From Cyanidioschyzon merolae (Eukaryota): DNA of 64,000 nucleotides. The stretch lies in the NCBI GenBank assembly GCA_000091205.1, contig AP006494.2; one strand, 5' to 3'. The notes below the pieces were generated by a model, which ran no database searches, was not told the DNA's origin, and was given only the letters and a program-made list of their open reading frames with translations. This document shows, piece after piece, positions 1-10,905 of this stretch; the stretch's first letter is position 1; each line of letters starts with the position of its first letter. The translations under genes were made by a program, and so were the position numbers.

Positions 1-428
1 AGACTGATTGGGTTCAATGGTAGAAAATGACCCGTTGATCACCTTTTACGAAAAGCGAAGGCGACTATAGTAACCACTATGACCGTCCCTGTTCTCAAAA
101 GCTTGTTCGTGTTATCCTGAATCACTGGGATACAGTCGCAAAATAACTTAGTTCACACACAACTATCTTTTATCGAAGTTGCGACGAAAGAGTTCCTGGA
201 ACGTTGCGATCGTTATGAAGAACAGGGACACCGACCAGTTTTCCGAGTCGATGAGACTTCCTTCCGAAAACACGGTCGAAGCATATGTAGGTCTTCGCAG
301 AGAACGGGCTCGTTGTATGTATGATCGAACTCGAAGAGAACGTAGATATTATCTGTTCAAGCTACTGTGGATTCATATGGCGGCGTCAACTTCAACGCTG
401 CAGAGCGGGCCGTACTACCTAGTGGCGC

Positions 429-1523
429 TTGTGCGTTTTTGAAACCATGAGTTTCCAGAGCTCTGTTTTGCAAAACTCCCGAGAAGATATTTCAGAGAAT
501 GCCGTAAGAGCTAGGAGCTCGTCCGTTGGTAGTGAAGGGGGTCGTACGAGCCAAACCGTTCTCGGAGTTGCCCGTCTGAGGAAGGTTGCCGTACAGCAAG
601 TCAGCCGCATTTGGCACGCTGGAAGATGGCAGAATCTTCCAGATTTCACTCGTTTACTTCTCATTGCTCTTGTTTCCACCTATTGTCTGAGTTGGTACCC
701 GCCGTTCACGCAGTTTTTCTCGTTTACGCCGGCTGAGACACTAGCAGGGCTGCGGATCTGGAACGTGGTCACGTACGGATTCGTTGAGGTTCACGCGCTA
801 CACCTCTTTTTGACGCTCTTGGTACTCGTCACCGTAGGACGATCTTTAGAAGAAGTTTGGCGAGGATCGGAGTCTCCCGGCGGCTCAACGGAGCGCTTGT
901 TGGAGCTTGCTATGTACGTGCTTTTCATCACAGCTTTCGCGAGCGTGCTGTCGTTCGTTATCACTTTTGGCGCGTTTTTGTGGTGGAAACTCCGTCCTGA
1001 GTACTTGTTTGCAAGTAGCGCTGGTTTCTATGCAGGAAATGTAGCTTTACTTGTCGCGTATGCTCGATACCGACCGGAGCAGACGTTTCCGAGCCTGGGC
1101 ACTCTCGCTCGTTTCGTTCCAGTCCGTACGTTTCCTCTGATGTATGTGAACACGATCGTATCCCTCGTTCCGTTGGTACCGACCCTATGGCTCTCGGGAT
1201 TGGTGACCATTTGCGCCTTTGTCGGTAGCTGGGGATACTTCCGATTCGCGAAAAAGTTTCAGTTGCCAACCCCGGAGGTCGCCGGGGCTCCCGCCGAATT
1301 CCCACTGTACATGTTGCTGCCAGAATTCGTCATGCACATCCTCCAGCGTGTTGGAATCATGCGAGGCGCATGCGGGGACCCCGGGACAACCTCTTTAGAA
1401 GATGGATCCACTGAACAACGGGATGATTCCGCCCGAAGACGCGCAACTGCTGCGAGCCTTCTAGATCAGCACCTATATCGTTCCGCCACCAATCAAGACG
1501 CAGTATCCCCGACGAATGTGTGA
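429..1523 (+). CDS. polytopic membrane protein with rhomboid-like fold (TMEM115/PL6-like), tentative
   Basis: 364-aa ORF with multiple hydrophobic helices. The segment RIWNVVTYGFVEVHALHLFLTLLVLVTVGRSLEEVWG resembles the rhomboid-superfamily TM2 signature (R..T..F.H....HL.N...L..G..LE..G). No GxSG catalytic motif is visible, so it is probably an inactive rhomboid-like protein. The true start may be an internal Met. Confidence 0.35.
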   Translation: MCVFETMSFQSSVLQNSREDISENAVRARSSSVGSEGGRTSQTVLGVARLRKVAVQQVSRIWHAGRWQNLPDFTRLLLIALVSTYCLSWYPPFTQFFSFTPAETLAGLRIWNVVTYGFVEVHALHLFLTLLVLVTVGRSLEEVWRGSESPGGSTERLLELAMYVLFITAFASVLSFVITFGAFLWWKLRPEYLFASSAGFYAGNVALLVAYARYRPEQTFPSLGTLARFVPVRTFPLMYVNTIVSLVPLVPTLWLSGLVTICAFVGSWGYFRFAKKFQLPTPEVAGAPAEFPLYMLLPEFVMHILQRVGIMRGACGDPGTTSLEDGSTEQRDDSARRRATAASLLDQHLYRSATNQDAVSPTNV

Positions 1524-2415
1524 AGGTCTGTTGAACCCGCTGCATAACGTTGGTGCATCAATCGATATCTCTTTGAACGGCGGCTTCTGTGGCTGACCGT
1601 CGCTCTGCCAGCGCGCGCTGTACTCGAACTTAAGAGCGCACAAAGCTTTGCTCTCCCTGGATCAAACTCGATCAAGAGGAAAAATCGAACGCGCACTTAG
1701 TCGTTCGCTCCGGAGGGACCATCTTGCGGGGTTGAGCGTGGAGGCTTGCAGCAGAACTTGGGATGACCGAGAACCTTGCCGACTTTCCGTCCGCCGCAAC
1801 CGAGCAGCTCTTCATCCTACATGGTGTCTGAAGCTATTGACGCGACATCGATGGAGACGAATGCCGGTCTGGGAGATGCTCCAGCACGTATGCTTGAACT
1901 GATCAGGAAAGTACGGATCTTGGGCTGGAGTGCAACGATCCCAGAAGCTCGCTTGTCCGGGCGCGCCTGCAACTTATCAGAGGATATCATCGCCTTGCGG
2001 ACCGAGCCGACGAAACTAGTGGCTCTCCTGCGCATGCCACTCTGCGCTTGAGGATGCATGTGCCTCGCTGGGAAAGGCACTCATCGCATGCTTTCAATTT
2101 CCGGTACAGAGGCGAAAGGCGCTCCACATATGCGTACATTTGCCGATTAAGGATCGTGCGGCTCCCGTCGCATGCGCGTTATCACCGTTCGAAAAGTGCG
2201 CAGGTGCTGCAAGTTCGGGACTTGTGATCATATGGTGGAGTTTTATCGTCATCGTTCTTCTGGTGATGGCCTTGTCATGATTCGTGTCACCCGACAAGAA
2301 AGGTAGAGTGTAGGTGATGGATGCGCACGGGCTTTTTCGTGAAAATCAACCAGTCGGGCAACGCTGATTTGGCCTACAGGGGACCAATGTCGACCAGAAA
2401 TGGAATCGGTTGCGT

Positions 2416-4017
2416 TCACTCCCATTCTATTGTTCCGGGCGGCTTACTCGTGACGTCATAAACAATGCGATTCACGCCACTGACCTCGTTCACAATTCGC
2501 AGTGAAATTCGCCGCAGCACCTCGAAAGGAAGAGGATACCAGTCGGCAGTCATGTAATCCGAGGTAGCAACCGCTCTCAGCGCAATGACCTCTTCGTATG
2601 TCCGAAAATCTCCCATGACTCCTACAGCTTTGCTGGAAAGGAGCACAGCGAATGCTTGTCCAATCTGTTCATACAGCCCTGCACGGCGCAATTCATGCAG
2701 AAAAATAGCATCTGCTTCGCGCAGTTTGTTCAAACGTTCGGAAGTAATCTCACCGAGAACACGTATGGCCAATCCCGGTCCAGGGAAGGGGTGACGATAG
2801 ACAACCTCCGCCGGTAAGCCGAGCACTAAGCCAAGCTTACGAACCTCATCCTTAAACAGATATCGAAGCGGTTCAATGAGTTTGAGCCGCATTCGTTGTG
2901 GCAGACCCCCGACGTTGTGATGCGTTTTGATCGTGGCACTCGGGCCCTTGTGCGATATGGATTCGATCACATCCGGATACAACGTGCCTTGGAGCAAAAA
3001 ATCGGCTGAGATTTTTCGCGCCTGCTCCTCGAAGACCTTGATGAACTGATTGCCGATGGTCTTGCGTTTCTCTTCCGGATCGGTAACCCCTGCTAGCGCA
3101 TCCAAAAAGTGCGTAGATGCATTAATACAATCAACCTGAACATGCATTTGGTCTCTCAGCATCGCCATCACGTCAGTCGCTTCATTTTTGCGCAAAAGCC
3201 CGTTGTCCACAAAGATTCCGCGAAATCGATCTCCAATCGCCCTGGACACGAGCAGCGCTGCGACCGTGGAGTCGACGCCACCGCTCAGCGCACCGACAAC
3301 GAGCGCATGCTCTCCTGTTTGCTCGCGGATTGTCCGAATCGCTTCTTCGAGAAACGCTTCCATGTACCAGTCACCTCTGCAGCCGCATACTGCCCGGCAA
3401 AAATTAGCCAGCACTTCCGTACCGTGCTCAGAATGACTCACCTCCGGATGAAACTGTAGTCCATATATAGGTGCAAGCACCGATGCATGCGCGTTCGGCT
3501 GCCCGTACACGGCAGCGTAGTTGCAGTTTTCCGTGCGGGCAATGGGGTAAAAGCCCTCGGGCAGCGAAATCACCCGGTCACCATGACTCATCCAGACCGA
3601 GCAGGAAGTCTTGAGGCCGTGAAATAGCGCGCCACCGTCAGCAGGATCTTCGACTACCTGGAGAGTGGCATGTCCGTATTCTCTCTTATCGCCGCACTCC
3701 ACCTTCCCTCCGAGCTGGTACGCAATCTCCTGCATACCGTAGCAAATTCCCAGTATAGGAATACCAAGGGAGAATATGCGCGCGTCGAGGTGCGGTGAAT
3801 CAGACTCGTAAACAGACGCAGGGCCACCAGACAGAATCAAACCCTTCGGTTTCAGTTCCATCAGGCGCTCTGGTCCAACATCGTAAGGGTGAAGCTCCGA
3901 GTAAAACCCGATGTCCCGAAGGCGCCTCACAATCAGATGCGCGTACTGGCTCCCAAAGTCGAGGACCACGAGTAGATCGTGCCCCGCGTGGATCGAGTTC
4001 TCCAACGGCTCTGTCAT
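2416..4017 (-). CDS. guaA: GMP synthase (glutamine-hydrolysing), bacterial-type two-domain form
   Basis: 533-aa uninterrupted ORF. N-terminal class-I glutamine amidotransferase region ([27 protein letters not shown]...GICYGMQE...HPEV), ATP-pyrophosphatase P-loop ([14 protein letters not shown]) and the C-terminal dimerisation domain ending PPGTIEWE. This is a full-length match to the GMPS family. Confidence 0.9.
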   Translation of the reverse strand: MTEPLENSIHAGHDLLVVLDFGSQYAHLIVRRLRDIGFYSELHPYDVGPERLMELKPKGLILSGGPASVYESDSPHLDARIFSLGIPILGICYGMQEIAYQLGGKVECGDKREYGHATLQVVEDPADGGALFHGLKTSCSVWMSHGDRVISLPEGFYPIARTENCNYAAVYGQPNAHASVLAPIYGLQFHPEVSHSEHGTEVLANFCRAVCGCRGDWYMEAFLEEAIRTIREQTGEHALVVGALSGGVDSTVAALLVSRAIGDRFRGIFVDNGLLRKNEATDVMAMLRDQMHVQVDCINASTHFLDALAGVTDPEEKRKTIGNQFIKVFEEQARKISADFLLQGTLYPDVIESISHKGPSATIKTHHNVGGLPQRMRLKLIEPLRYLFKDEVRKLGLVLGLPAEVVYRHPFPGPGLAIRVLGEITSERLNKLREADAIFLHELRRAGLYEQIGQAFAVLLSSKAVGVMGDFRTYEEVIALRAVATSDYMTADWYPLPFEVLRRISLRIVNEVSGVNRIVYDVTSKPPGTIEWE

Positions 4018-4094
4018 ACGAATGTTCAGAAGTGTGGGTGTTCAAGCTGCACCCGCGGTACAGTTGTCGTTGCGTTCCTGCGTTTCTCGGCGTC

Positions 4095-5447
4095 TGCGTG
4101 GTGCACCCACATCGGATTAAGGTGGAACGATGTATTTCGCATCCTGGTCCAGCCTTTCGATTCCCTCCGAACTTTCTTTCTCGGTGTACTGCCTCGGTAT
4201 CCAAATTGCACCATCAAGCGATTACGGATTCTTATGTAACTTTTGGATTCGCTGTCACCCTTTTTCGGAACTGTCTCTTCGATACGTTGCCGCCGGAGTT
4301 CATTACGTCACCGGTATCAAGTTGCTCCATGACACACACGAGGAGAAGTTCGTACACTTCTCCACAGCATTACCTACTTCTCAGGCACAGGAATCCATTC
4401 TTCCGTTTTCCTTGCAAACGGCAAGCTCAAATCACGCTTTCCTCAAGTTTTCGGTGTTTCTGTCTCGGAATATCTCGCAGGTGCAGCAATCGGTGCCGCA
4501 AGACTGACGGGAGCAAGAAATCGATGTCGACCCTTGACGACTTGTTCAATAGCTGAGGCCGGAAGTGCACTGAACTACTCACGCCGAAGAGTCGATTCCG
4601 TTCGAAAGGAAAATCTCCCTCTCTTTGTGGACATCCTCGAAGCGGCACTCGGCAGCAGCATGACGTGGCTCAATGGAACTGCACCCCAGGGCTCTTGTGT
4701 ATTCTGGTTCCATGCCAAAGGGTCTTGGACTCGGACGATGGTCATTGCAGCGATCGCTTCTTCAAGAACGCGCATCACGGATTCGCAGGAAGAGAGCGAA
4801 GACGAATCGTCCTTGCTCGAATTGATCTCCTGTCTGACTATTCCTCCCGGTTCTTTTTCACCATAGACAACATCGCTTTCCACGAATCCCGTATCAAACG
4901 GGACGGCGCGGACCTGCGCATGCCGCGGACAGAGAACTCGCCGATGGCACCTCCTTGAACAGGCTCGTAAGTCTTGGGTACTGCAGTCGGCGCGGAAACG
5001 GCGCTCGATATCGAGGTGACCATGCTGCTCCCGTGATGGGCATTGACTGAGCGCTGAATCAAGAGCTCATATGCGACAGGGCGGCGCTCGGAAGCTGACG
5101 TGTGGAGGAGAGATCGGAGCACCTGCGCACCGTCAAGCGTGATCGCTGCAAATGGCGCTCGTGGGCTCAGTGCAAAGAATGTGACAACGGCAAGTGAGGC
5201 ACTGATCGCGGTCTCCGCATGAACATGAAAAGCGTTCACTTAAGCTGGAAGTAGCGAAATCGAGGCAATAGCGCTGCAATCAATTTTCCTCCGCTGTTTA
5301 GAAGGAGCTGGAGGAAATAGAGAGACCTGCGTATTTCACGCCCAAACCAAGAGAGGCGAAAAGGAAGCATTAGCAGAGAGAGCTCGCCAGGCAGGTGTTG
5401 ATGGCATTGGAAAGAGACTCAAACTTTAGAGTGTGCGCCCGCAGAGG
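4095..5447 (+). mobile_element. dispersed repeat family A, copy 1 (about 1.35 kb); internal ORF frameshifted
   Basis: Near-identical to 24612-25992. ORFs 4130..4507 and 4534..4866 are identical to 24649..25026 and 25053..25385. The 3' end carries the shared terminal motif ctcaaactttagagtgtgcgc. It begins 78 bp upstream of the guaA start codon. Confidence 0.8.
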
Positions 5448-6046
5448 AGGATCGCTCCCAATTTATTCCAAAATCGCTGGTGGACTCAGAGGATTCTGCG
5501 TAGCGATGTTTCCTTCGCAAATGCAGACAGCGGTCCATCCGATGGCTGTTATCGGAAATCTTTCGTCCTCCTCGAGCCGACCACCATCGGGACATATGCA
5601 AGGTGTCCTTTCTAGATTATGTCTTGAGGCGTTCTGGATCAGGCCCCTGTTCTATCAGTGAACACTGTTCGCTGTTTGGAAGAACACGGAAGTGTCCAAG
5701 TCGGCAATGGGGCCGCCTCCTGCTGCAAGATAGGATCTATGCATCCAAAAGACTTTAGTAAACTGTGATGATCCTCTAACTTAAAGAAAGCTTCTAGGCT
5801 AGCGTTCGTGCTTGCACTTGGGTCTCTTTGTGCTGTCAGGGAGAGCGCAGACGTCCGAAGGACTCGAGTCTCCTGCATCGTCCACTCTCATGAAATTCGC
5901 GGCAATCGCGACATCGCGCGAGTTCCGATCTCCCTGCAAGCATCCTATACCCACCAGGCTACCTGATTGAGGGTTTGCTATTGCTCTTTCTGCACGGGGA
6001 ACGGGTTGAAATATACACCAAAAACGCTGCTTGACTACTGCCAGTA

Positions 6047-7408
6047 TTGTTGAACCAGCGTTTCATGCTGCGATACCTTCGGGTGTTGTGTCTCCGCGAT
6101 TGGCTACTCGACCACACTGTTGCGTGGAGACAGTATGCTCGAGTTCGACGCAGCTTGCCGCTTACGGTTACTTTCACACCTCTCCAAATTGGTCTTCCAT
6201 GCGCGTCATTTGCAACCCGTGGAGACCGAGTGTGGAGCTCGACTATCCGCAAGCGCACGTTTTCAACGGAGAACGAGAGCTCGCCGAGCACGACTGACGT
6301 TGCTCCGGGGCCTGCAGTTGGAGACCGAGCACAACGCAGCACGACGCCCTCGCTCTATCCTGGAGGTGGAGACAAGCTCTCAGGGAGCGTCTCCAATTCT
6401 GCAGGCGTCGTGAAAGCCACTGAGGAAACCCTGCGGCAGATGAACCTGTTTACTGCGATTAACTCGGCGCTGTCGTGTGCACTTGAGAGTAACCCCAAAG
6501 TTCTCGTATTTGGAGAAGATGTTGCTTTTGGTGGTGTATTTCGTTGTACAAGTCAGCTTCAGAAGCGATTCGGCAGACAGAGAGTCTTCAATACGCCTCT
6601 GACAGAGCAGGGCATCGTAGGTTTTGCGGCCGGACTGGCAGCGATGGGTTATCGCCCGGTAGCGGAGATCCAGTTCGCAGACTATATATATCCCGCTTTC
6701 GATCAGATAGTGAATGAGATCGCGAAATATCGCTACCGATCTGGAGGACAGTTTAATTGTGGTGGAGTGGTTATCAGAGCGCCTTACGGCGCGGTCGGCC
6801 ATGGAGGGCACTACCATTCGCAATCTCCTGAGGCTTATTTTTTGCACACGGCCGGTATCAAGGTCGTTATACCCCGCGATCCGTTCACCGCAAAAGGCCT
6901 TTTGTTGCAGTCGATCGCTGAGGATGATCCGGTCATCTTCTTCGAGCCCAAGGCACTTTATCGAGCAGCCCAGGCAGAGGTACCTCTCAGCAAGTATGTG
7001 TTGCCACTTGGCCGGGCTGAGATCGTTCGCCCCGGGACGGACATCACCTTGGTGGCATACGGAGCGCAAGTCCGCGTGCTTCTCGAAGCAGCCCAAGTCG
7101 TCGCCAGAGAAGACAAGATCGAGGCAGAGGTCATAGATATTCAAACGATTCTGCCGTGGGATGAAGCGACAGTGTGCGAATCCGTTGCGCGCACCGGGCG
7201 ATGCATCGTCAGCCATGAGGCGCCGCTTACTGGTGGAGTCGGTGCCGAAGTTGCCGCTCGAATCCAGGAGGAATGTTTCCTCGACCTGGAGAGTCCGGTC
7301 ATGCGCGTATGTGGCTATGATATGCCTTTCCCTCTTGTCCACGAGAAGAACTATTTGCCATCCGCAGAAAAAGTTGTGCAGTGCATTCGAGATTGCCTGA
7401 ATTACTGA
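6047..7408 (+). CDS. BCKDHB: branched-chain 2-oxo acid dehydrogenase E1 component beta subunit (mitochondrial-type)
   Basis: From [11 protein letters not shown] onward the ORF aligns along its whole length to BCKDH E1-beta, for example [55 protein letters not shown] and PLTGG. The fit is better than to PDH E1-beta. The roughly 130-aa N-terminal extension is Arg/Ser-rich and presequence-like; the real start may be an internal Met. Confidence 0.85.
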   Translation: MLNQRFMLRYLRVLCLRDWLLDHTVAWRQYARVRRSLPLTVTFTPLQIGLPCASFATRGDRVWSSTIRKRTFSTENESSPSTTDVAPGPAVGDRAQRSTTPSLYPGGGDKLSGSVSNSAGVVKATEETLRQMNLFTAINSALSCALESNPKVLVFGEDVAFGGVFRCTSQLQKRFGRQRVFNTPLTEQGIVGFAAGLAAMGYRPVAEIQFADYIYPAFDQIVNEIAKYRYRSGGQFNCGGVVIRAPYGAVGHGGHYHSQSPEAYFLHTAGIKVVIPRDPFTAKGLLLQSIAEDDPVIFFEPKALYRAAQAEVPLSKYVLPLGRAEIVRPGTDITLVAYGAQVRVLLEAAQVVAREDKIEAEVIDIQTILPWDEATVCESVARTGRCIVSHEAPLTGGVGAEVAARIQEECFLDLESPVMRVCGYDMPFPLVHEKNYLPSAEKVVQCIRDCLNY

Positions 7409-7949
7409 AAGCTGCATAGATCTCCATCGAACGGCGCTAACGACGAATTAGACCTCATTGTTTCATCCTCGCTAAGGATTTGCACGGAAAAAACTCTTTC
7501 ACGAAGAGCAAACCAAAGCGCGCCTTGGAGAACAACTTCATTCCGAACCAGTGCCCTGCGATATCGCCGTCAGCAAAGTAATGCAGTCTCCAAATGCGAA
7601 GCAATCACCGAGCAACAAGCGCCCGCGAGAAACTCAAAAGGCTACAGTTTATGCGCGTTCGGCAAGGTCTTTGAAATGCTGCGCACTAGCCCCCAAGAGG
7701 CGAGGATGCATCGCGAAATGCTGCCGCATGGACGACAGACCTGGTCATGGCGGACTCTCTTCATTTCTTGCTCTGTATGTCATACGTGCGAGGTATCCGA
7801 CTCGATCGCTGGATCCATGTCACTCGCACCATTTGTTGGCTTGTGCGCTGTAGCAAACGCGTCTCGCAGTACTCGAGCTGCAGCCTCTGCAAAGTCGCCT
7901 TGCCGAGGTTCGAGCCCTGGCAGGAGCCCCGAGCTCAGCTGGGATCAGC

Positions 7950-8351
7950 CTACTTCCCAGACTTTTTGCCTCCACGTTTGCCACTGCCTTTACGTGGAGG
8001 GCCCCGCCCCTGCGCTCGCCAGACTTGCAGTTTCCGCCACCAGCGCTCCTGTTTCTCTGAAAGCTTAATCTCACAGTAAGGATTTTTCTCGAGACGCTCC
8101 GGGTACCACGAGAGCAACAGTGGTCCACGATACTGCTTTTTGAGTACGGGCACACCCGATCGTCCAGGAGAAGCGCCCGAGAACCTGGACTCGTGGAATA
8201 CCTGGGCACGAAGGACCTCTACTGGCTCCCCTGTAGCAGGAATAATACCCTTCTCCAACGCTCTAATTTTCGCCTCATCTTCCACGGAAAGCTCTAGGAC
8301 TGACGGCCTCTTGCATAGCGTGCGAATGATTCTCCTCGTGAGACACTGCAT
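7950..8351 (-). CDS. small basic protein, possibly mitochondrial ribosomal protein mS33 (tentative)
   Basis: 133-aa ORF. The C-terminal half (VPVLKKQYRGPLLLSWYPERL ... RKGSGKRGGKKSGK) resembles the MRPS33 family (..KKKETYDWYPNHH.. followed by a Lys/Gly-rich tail). This rests on recalled family features only. Confidence 0.3.
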   Translation of the reverse strand: MQCLTRRIIRTLCKRPSVLELSVEDEAKIRALEKGIIPATGEPVEVLRAQVFHESRFSGASPGRSGVPVLKKQYRGPLLLSWYPERLEKNPYCEIKLSEKQERWWRKLQVWRAQGRGPPRKGSGKRGGKKSGK

Positions 8352-8751
8352 ACTCTCGGCGCTTTAAAAGCGCTCGCGCTTCACCCTGAAGCAAATACCT
8401 TAACTTGCTCGTTAAGCGATCAGCGTACCAGAATCCAAAACGCTTGAGGGGCAGCTATGGCTTAGCGCAAACTAGATGCGCTCGCACACATCGTTGCATG
8501 TGATTGTTCCGAAAAGCGCTGCGGTGTTCGCTGCAGTAAACGGCACTGCCCAACGGGGACTTTACTAGACCCTGAGAATTTTGAATAGAGCAACTAATAC
8601 AAAGTTCTTTTCGTGGGGTTCTCAGTATTCGCTTTGCTGGAGCTACGCCAAACAATAGCAAACTGAGTCTCCGAGGCAGCTGCGGACAAGGTAATCCCCG
8701 AGCTTGCGCTACGAACGATAAATAGCACGAGAAGCTGCAATTGCGCAGTTC

Positions 8752-10359
8752 ATGTGGGCGTTTTGGAGTGGAGCAGAGCTTCTTGCGGTGAAAAAACGAG
8801 CGAGGGAAGCTGCTAGGCCACTCCAATGCTGTGTTCGCGGGTCCGCTCTTCAGGAGGGCATTAAAGCAGTGGCGATCGGTAAACACGGCGCCAAACCGGT
8901 GCCGGAATCGATTCTGGAACCATTAAAAGTAGAGCTGGAACGTGTTGAGCATCAATTGCAGGTCTTTAAGCGGCAGGGACCCAATATGGCAGCGGATGAC
9001 CCCGCAAGCTCTCTGAATATTGAGCAAGTCGCGCGACGAGCCTCCTTCCTGGCATCGTTATTTTTGAAATACGAGTTGCTGCCAGCGGAGGCGCAACTAC
9101 TGCAGCATTGTATACCGAAAAGCACGGCGTCCTTGCGTTTGGGCCGAGAGCGCTGTGACTGCTTTGCAAGTGACGTGCTTCAAACGCTGTGCACGAACCT
9201 GCTCCCCGAGTCCAAAGCGTTTCGCCTTGGCGTCAAGTTACTGAGCGCTCAAGTCTTGTCGCGTGAAGAAGCTATGGAGCTCGCATCCATCGTTTTGTCC
9301 TGTAATGCAAACACGATGGAGTCTCCGGCAGTCGATATAACGGATGTGGTTTCGTTTCGCGCGCTCACGATGCATACCATGCGGGTACGCCATGAAACCT
9401 CGGACGAACTACTCGGAATGGCGGAGGCAGCGAACAGCGCGATGAGCCCTTCGTTTCGCCCTCACCAGAGCAGCACACAAAGTCGACCTCCTCAACGCTA
9501 TGTGCAACTGGCCGAACCCTTCGATGGCTTCGAACGTCCGGGATGCCTGTTAACTACACCTATTATTGCCTGGCACTTGCAAGAGCGCTGGGGAATCGCG
9601 AACGTTGTAGGCGCTATGGGCGACTCGCCTGGGCCAAAATATGGTCCGAACCTCAAGTCGGTGGCACTGGAGCTTTCCCGAGCGCTCGGGCCGCATTCCA
9701 CTGCGGTGAATTTTGCCCAGAATCTCGATGATATCTTCAAGGGGAGCAGAGCAGGCAGCAGATGCTTCAACCTCGTTGACCAAGCAGTTATTTGTCCAGC
9801 ACTGTACGATCTTCTGCCGTTACGACGCAGCATCGTCAAACGCCCGGGCTGGTCAACGGTTGAGAAATTTGTAGGCTGCGCTCCCGAGCAGTGCAGTGTA
9901 CTTATCGCCTCCGCTTTCCATCCGCCATACACCAAGCGCATGATCGAGGTTTCCATGGGACTTGGGCTCTCCGGTGCAATCATCATTCGCAAGGGCATCG
10001 AAGGGACGCTCTCAATCGCCCCGGACTCGAACTTTATCGAGCTTGCCTGTTGTGCTCGTCGGGCGGATCACACTTATGAGCAAATCGAGTTGAAAGTACA
10101 GCCTTCAGTCGAGCGAGTGAAGACGTCGTCGCCGGCGAACGCAACCGTTTCCGCAACACTGACTGCAGCGGAAAACGCCCGGCTGCTGCGGAACTACTAC
10201 CAATCGCGTACATCATGCGGCGACGAGCAGTTCGACCGGATAATTCAAGCAACACTTGCATGCGTGGATGCCGGTATGCAGTGGCTCATGGAGCACATAC
10301 ACGAACAAGGCCTTGCTGGTGAAGCATCGAGCAGCGTGCCCCCGTGCGCGGGGGGATGA
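8752..10359 (+). CDS. glycosyl transferase family 3 (anthranilate phosphoribosyltransferase-like) domain protein
   Basis: The C-terminal 250 aa resemble the TrpD/YbiB fold: AFHPPYTKRMIEVSMGLGLSGAIIIRKGIEGTLSIAP compared with the TrpD FAPxYHPAMKHV...GxxRALVVHG.DGLDE pattern. The N-terminal 260 aa have no recognisable similarity. Confidence 0.4.
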   Translation: MWAFWSGAELLAVKKRAREAARPLQCCVRGSALQEGIKAVAIGKHGAKPVPESILEPLKVELERVEHQLQVFKRQGPNMAADDPASSLNIEQVARRASFLASLFLKYELLPAEAQLLQHCIPKSTASLRLGRERCDCFASDVLQTLCTNLLPESKAFRLGVKLLSAQVLSREEAMELASIVLSCNANTMESPAVDITDVVSFRALTMHTMRVRHETSDELLGMAEAANSAMSPSFRPHQSSTQSRPPQRYVQLAEPFDGFERPGCLLTTPIIAWHLQERWGIANVVGAMGDSPGPKYGPNLKSVALELSRALGPHSTAVNFAQNLDDIFKGSRAGSRCFNLVDQAVICPALYDLLPLRRSIVKRPGWSTVEKFVGCAPEQCSVLIASAFHPPYTKRMIEVSMGLGLSGAIIIRKGIEGTLSIAPDSNFIELACCARRADHTYEQIELKVQPSVERVKTSSPANATVSATLTAAENARLLRNYYQSRTSCGDEQFDRIIQATLACVDAGMQWLMEHIHEQGLAGEASSSVPPCAGG

Positions 10360-10905
10360 GCGGTGCTCACGTGCATGGGCTGTTCGTTGGAACGAGCCCG
10401 TGTGCGCTTTTTTACTGTTGAGCCTATGCCTCAATATCCGGTACTTCCAATGGAATATAACCATTCATAAACTTCCGATTGTGGTAAGAACTTTCCCTGG
10501 ACGAGTTGGCGCTCGAGAAACACTTCGCTACGCCGACACGGCGAGTGCTGGATATTTGAATGCTTCTGCCTTCGCTGCCGCCAGTCTGCGGCACCCACGG
10601 ACTCGTTTCGTTTCAAGTTTCACGATTCTGCAGTGTTGCTTTGCTGACGTTCGCAAATCTGGGGTGCTCGTGCGATTATTGGGGTCAAATTGTTGGGACA
10701 GCTCGTGAACGCTCTCTTTGCAGCGTTCGCCGAAAGATGCTCCAGAAGACTTGCGCGCTTTCCTGAACGAAACCGCTGTCACCGACACTCTTCGATTGCT
10801 GGGGCCGAATTCCAGCGAGCCGGTTGTCAAGTTGCGTAGGTTTCGTTCCCGATTTCCTGCTGCAGGCACGTCATTATCTGTCCTAATAGGTGGTCTTCAA
10901 CACGT

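Noticed and set aside
1-60. tRNA-like string gggttcaatggtagaaaatgacccgttgatcacc
   Set aside because: It has superficial D-loop and T-loop resemblance, but no acceptor stem or anticodon stem pairing and no GTTCRANYC box. It is not a tRNA.
3795-4556. 253-aa plus-strand ORF spanning the guaA start and the beginning of repeat A
   Set aside because: It overlaps the well-supported guaA N-terminus in antisense and runs into repeat DNA. Its composition is low-complexity Ser/Arg/Cys. It is a by-product of GC-rich sequence.
6380-7417. 345-aa ORF on the minus strand
   Set aside because: It lies entirely antisense to the BCKDH E1-beta gene, whose plus-strand reading frame has a full-length family match. 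The minus-strand ORF is Arg/Ser-rich with no motif. It is a shadow ORF.
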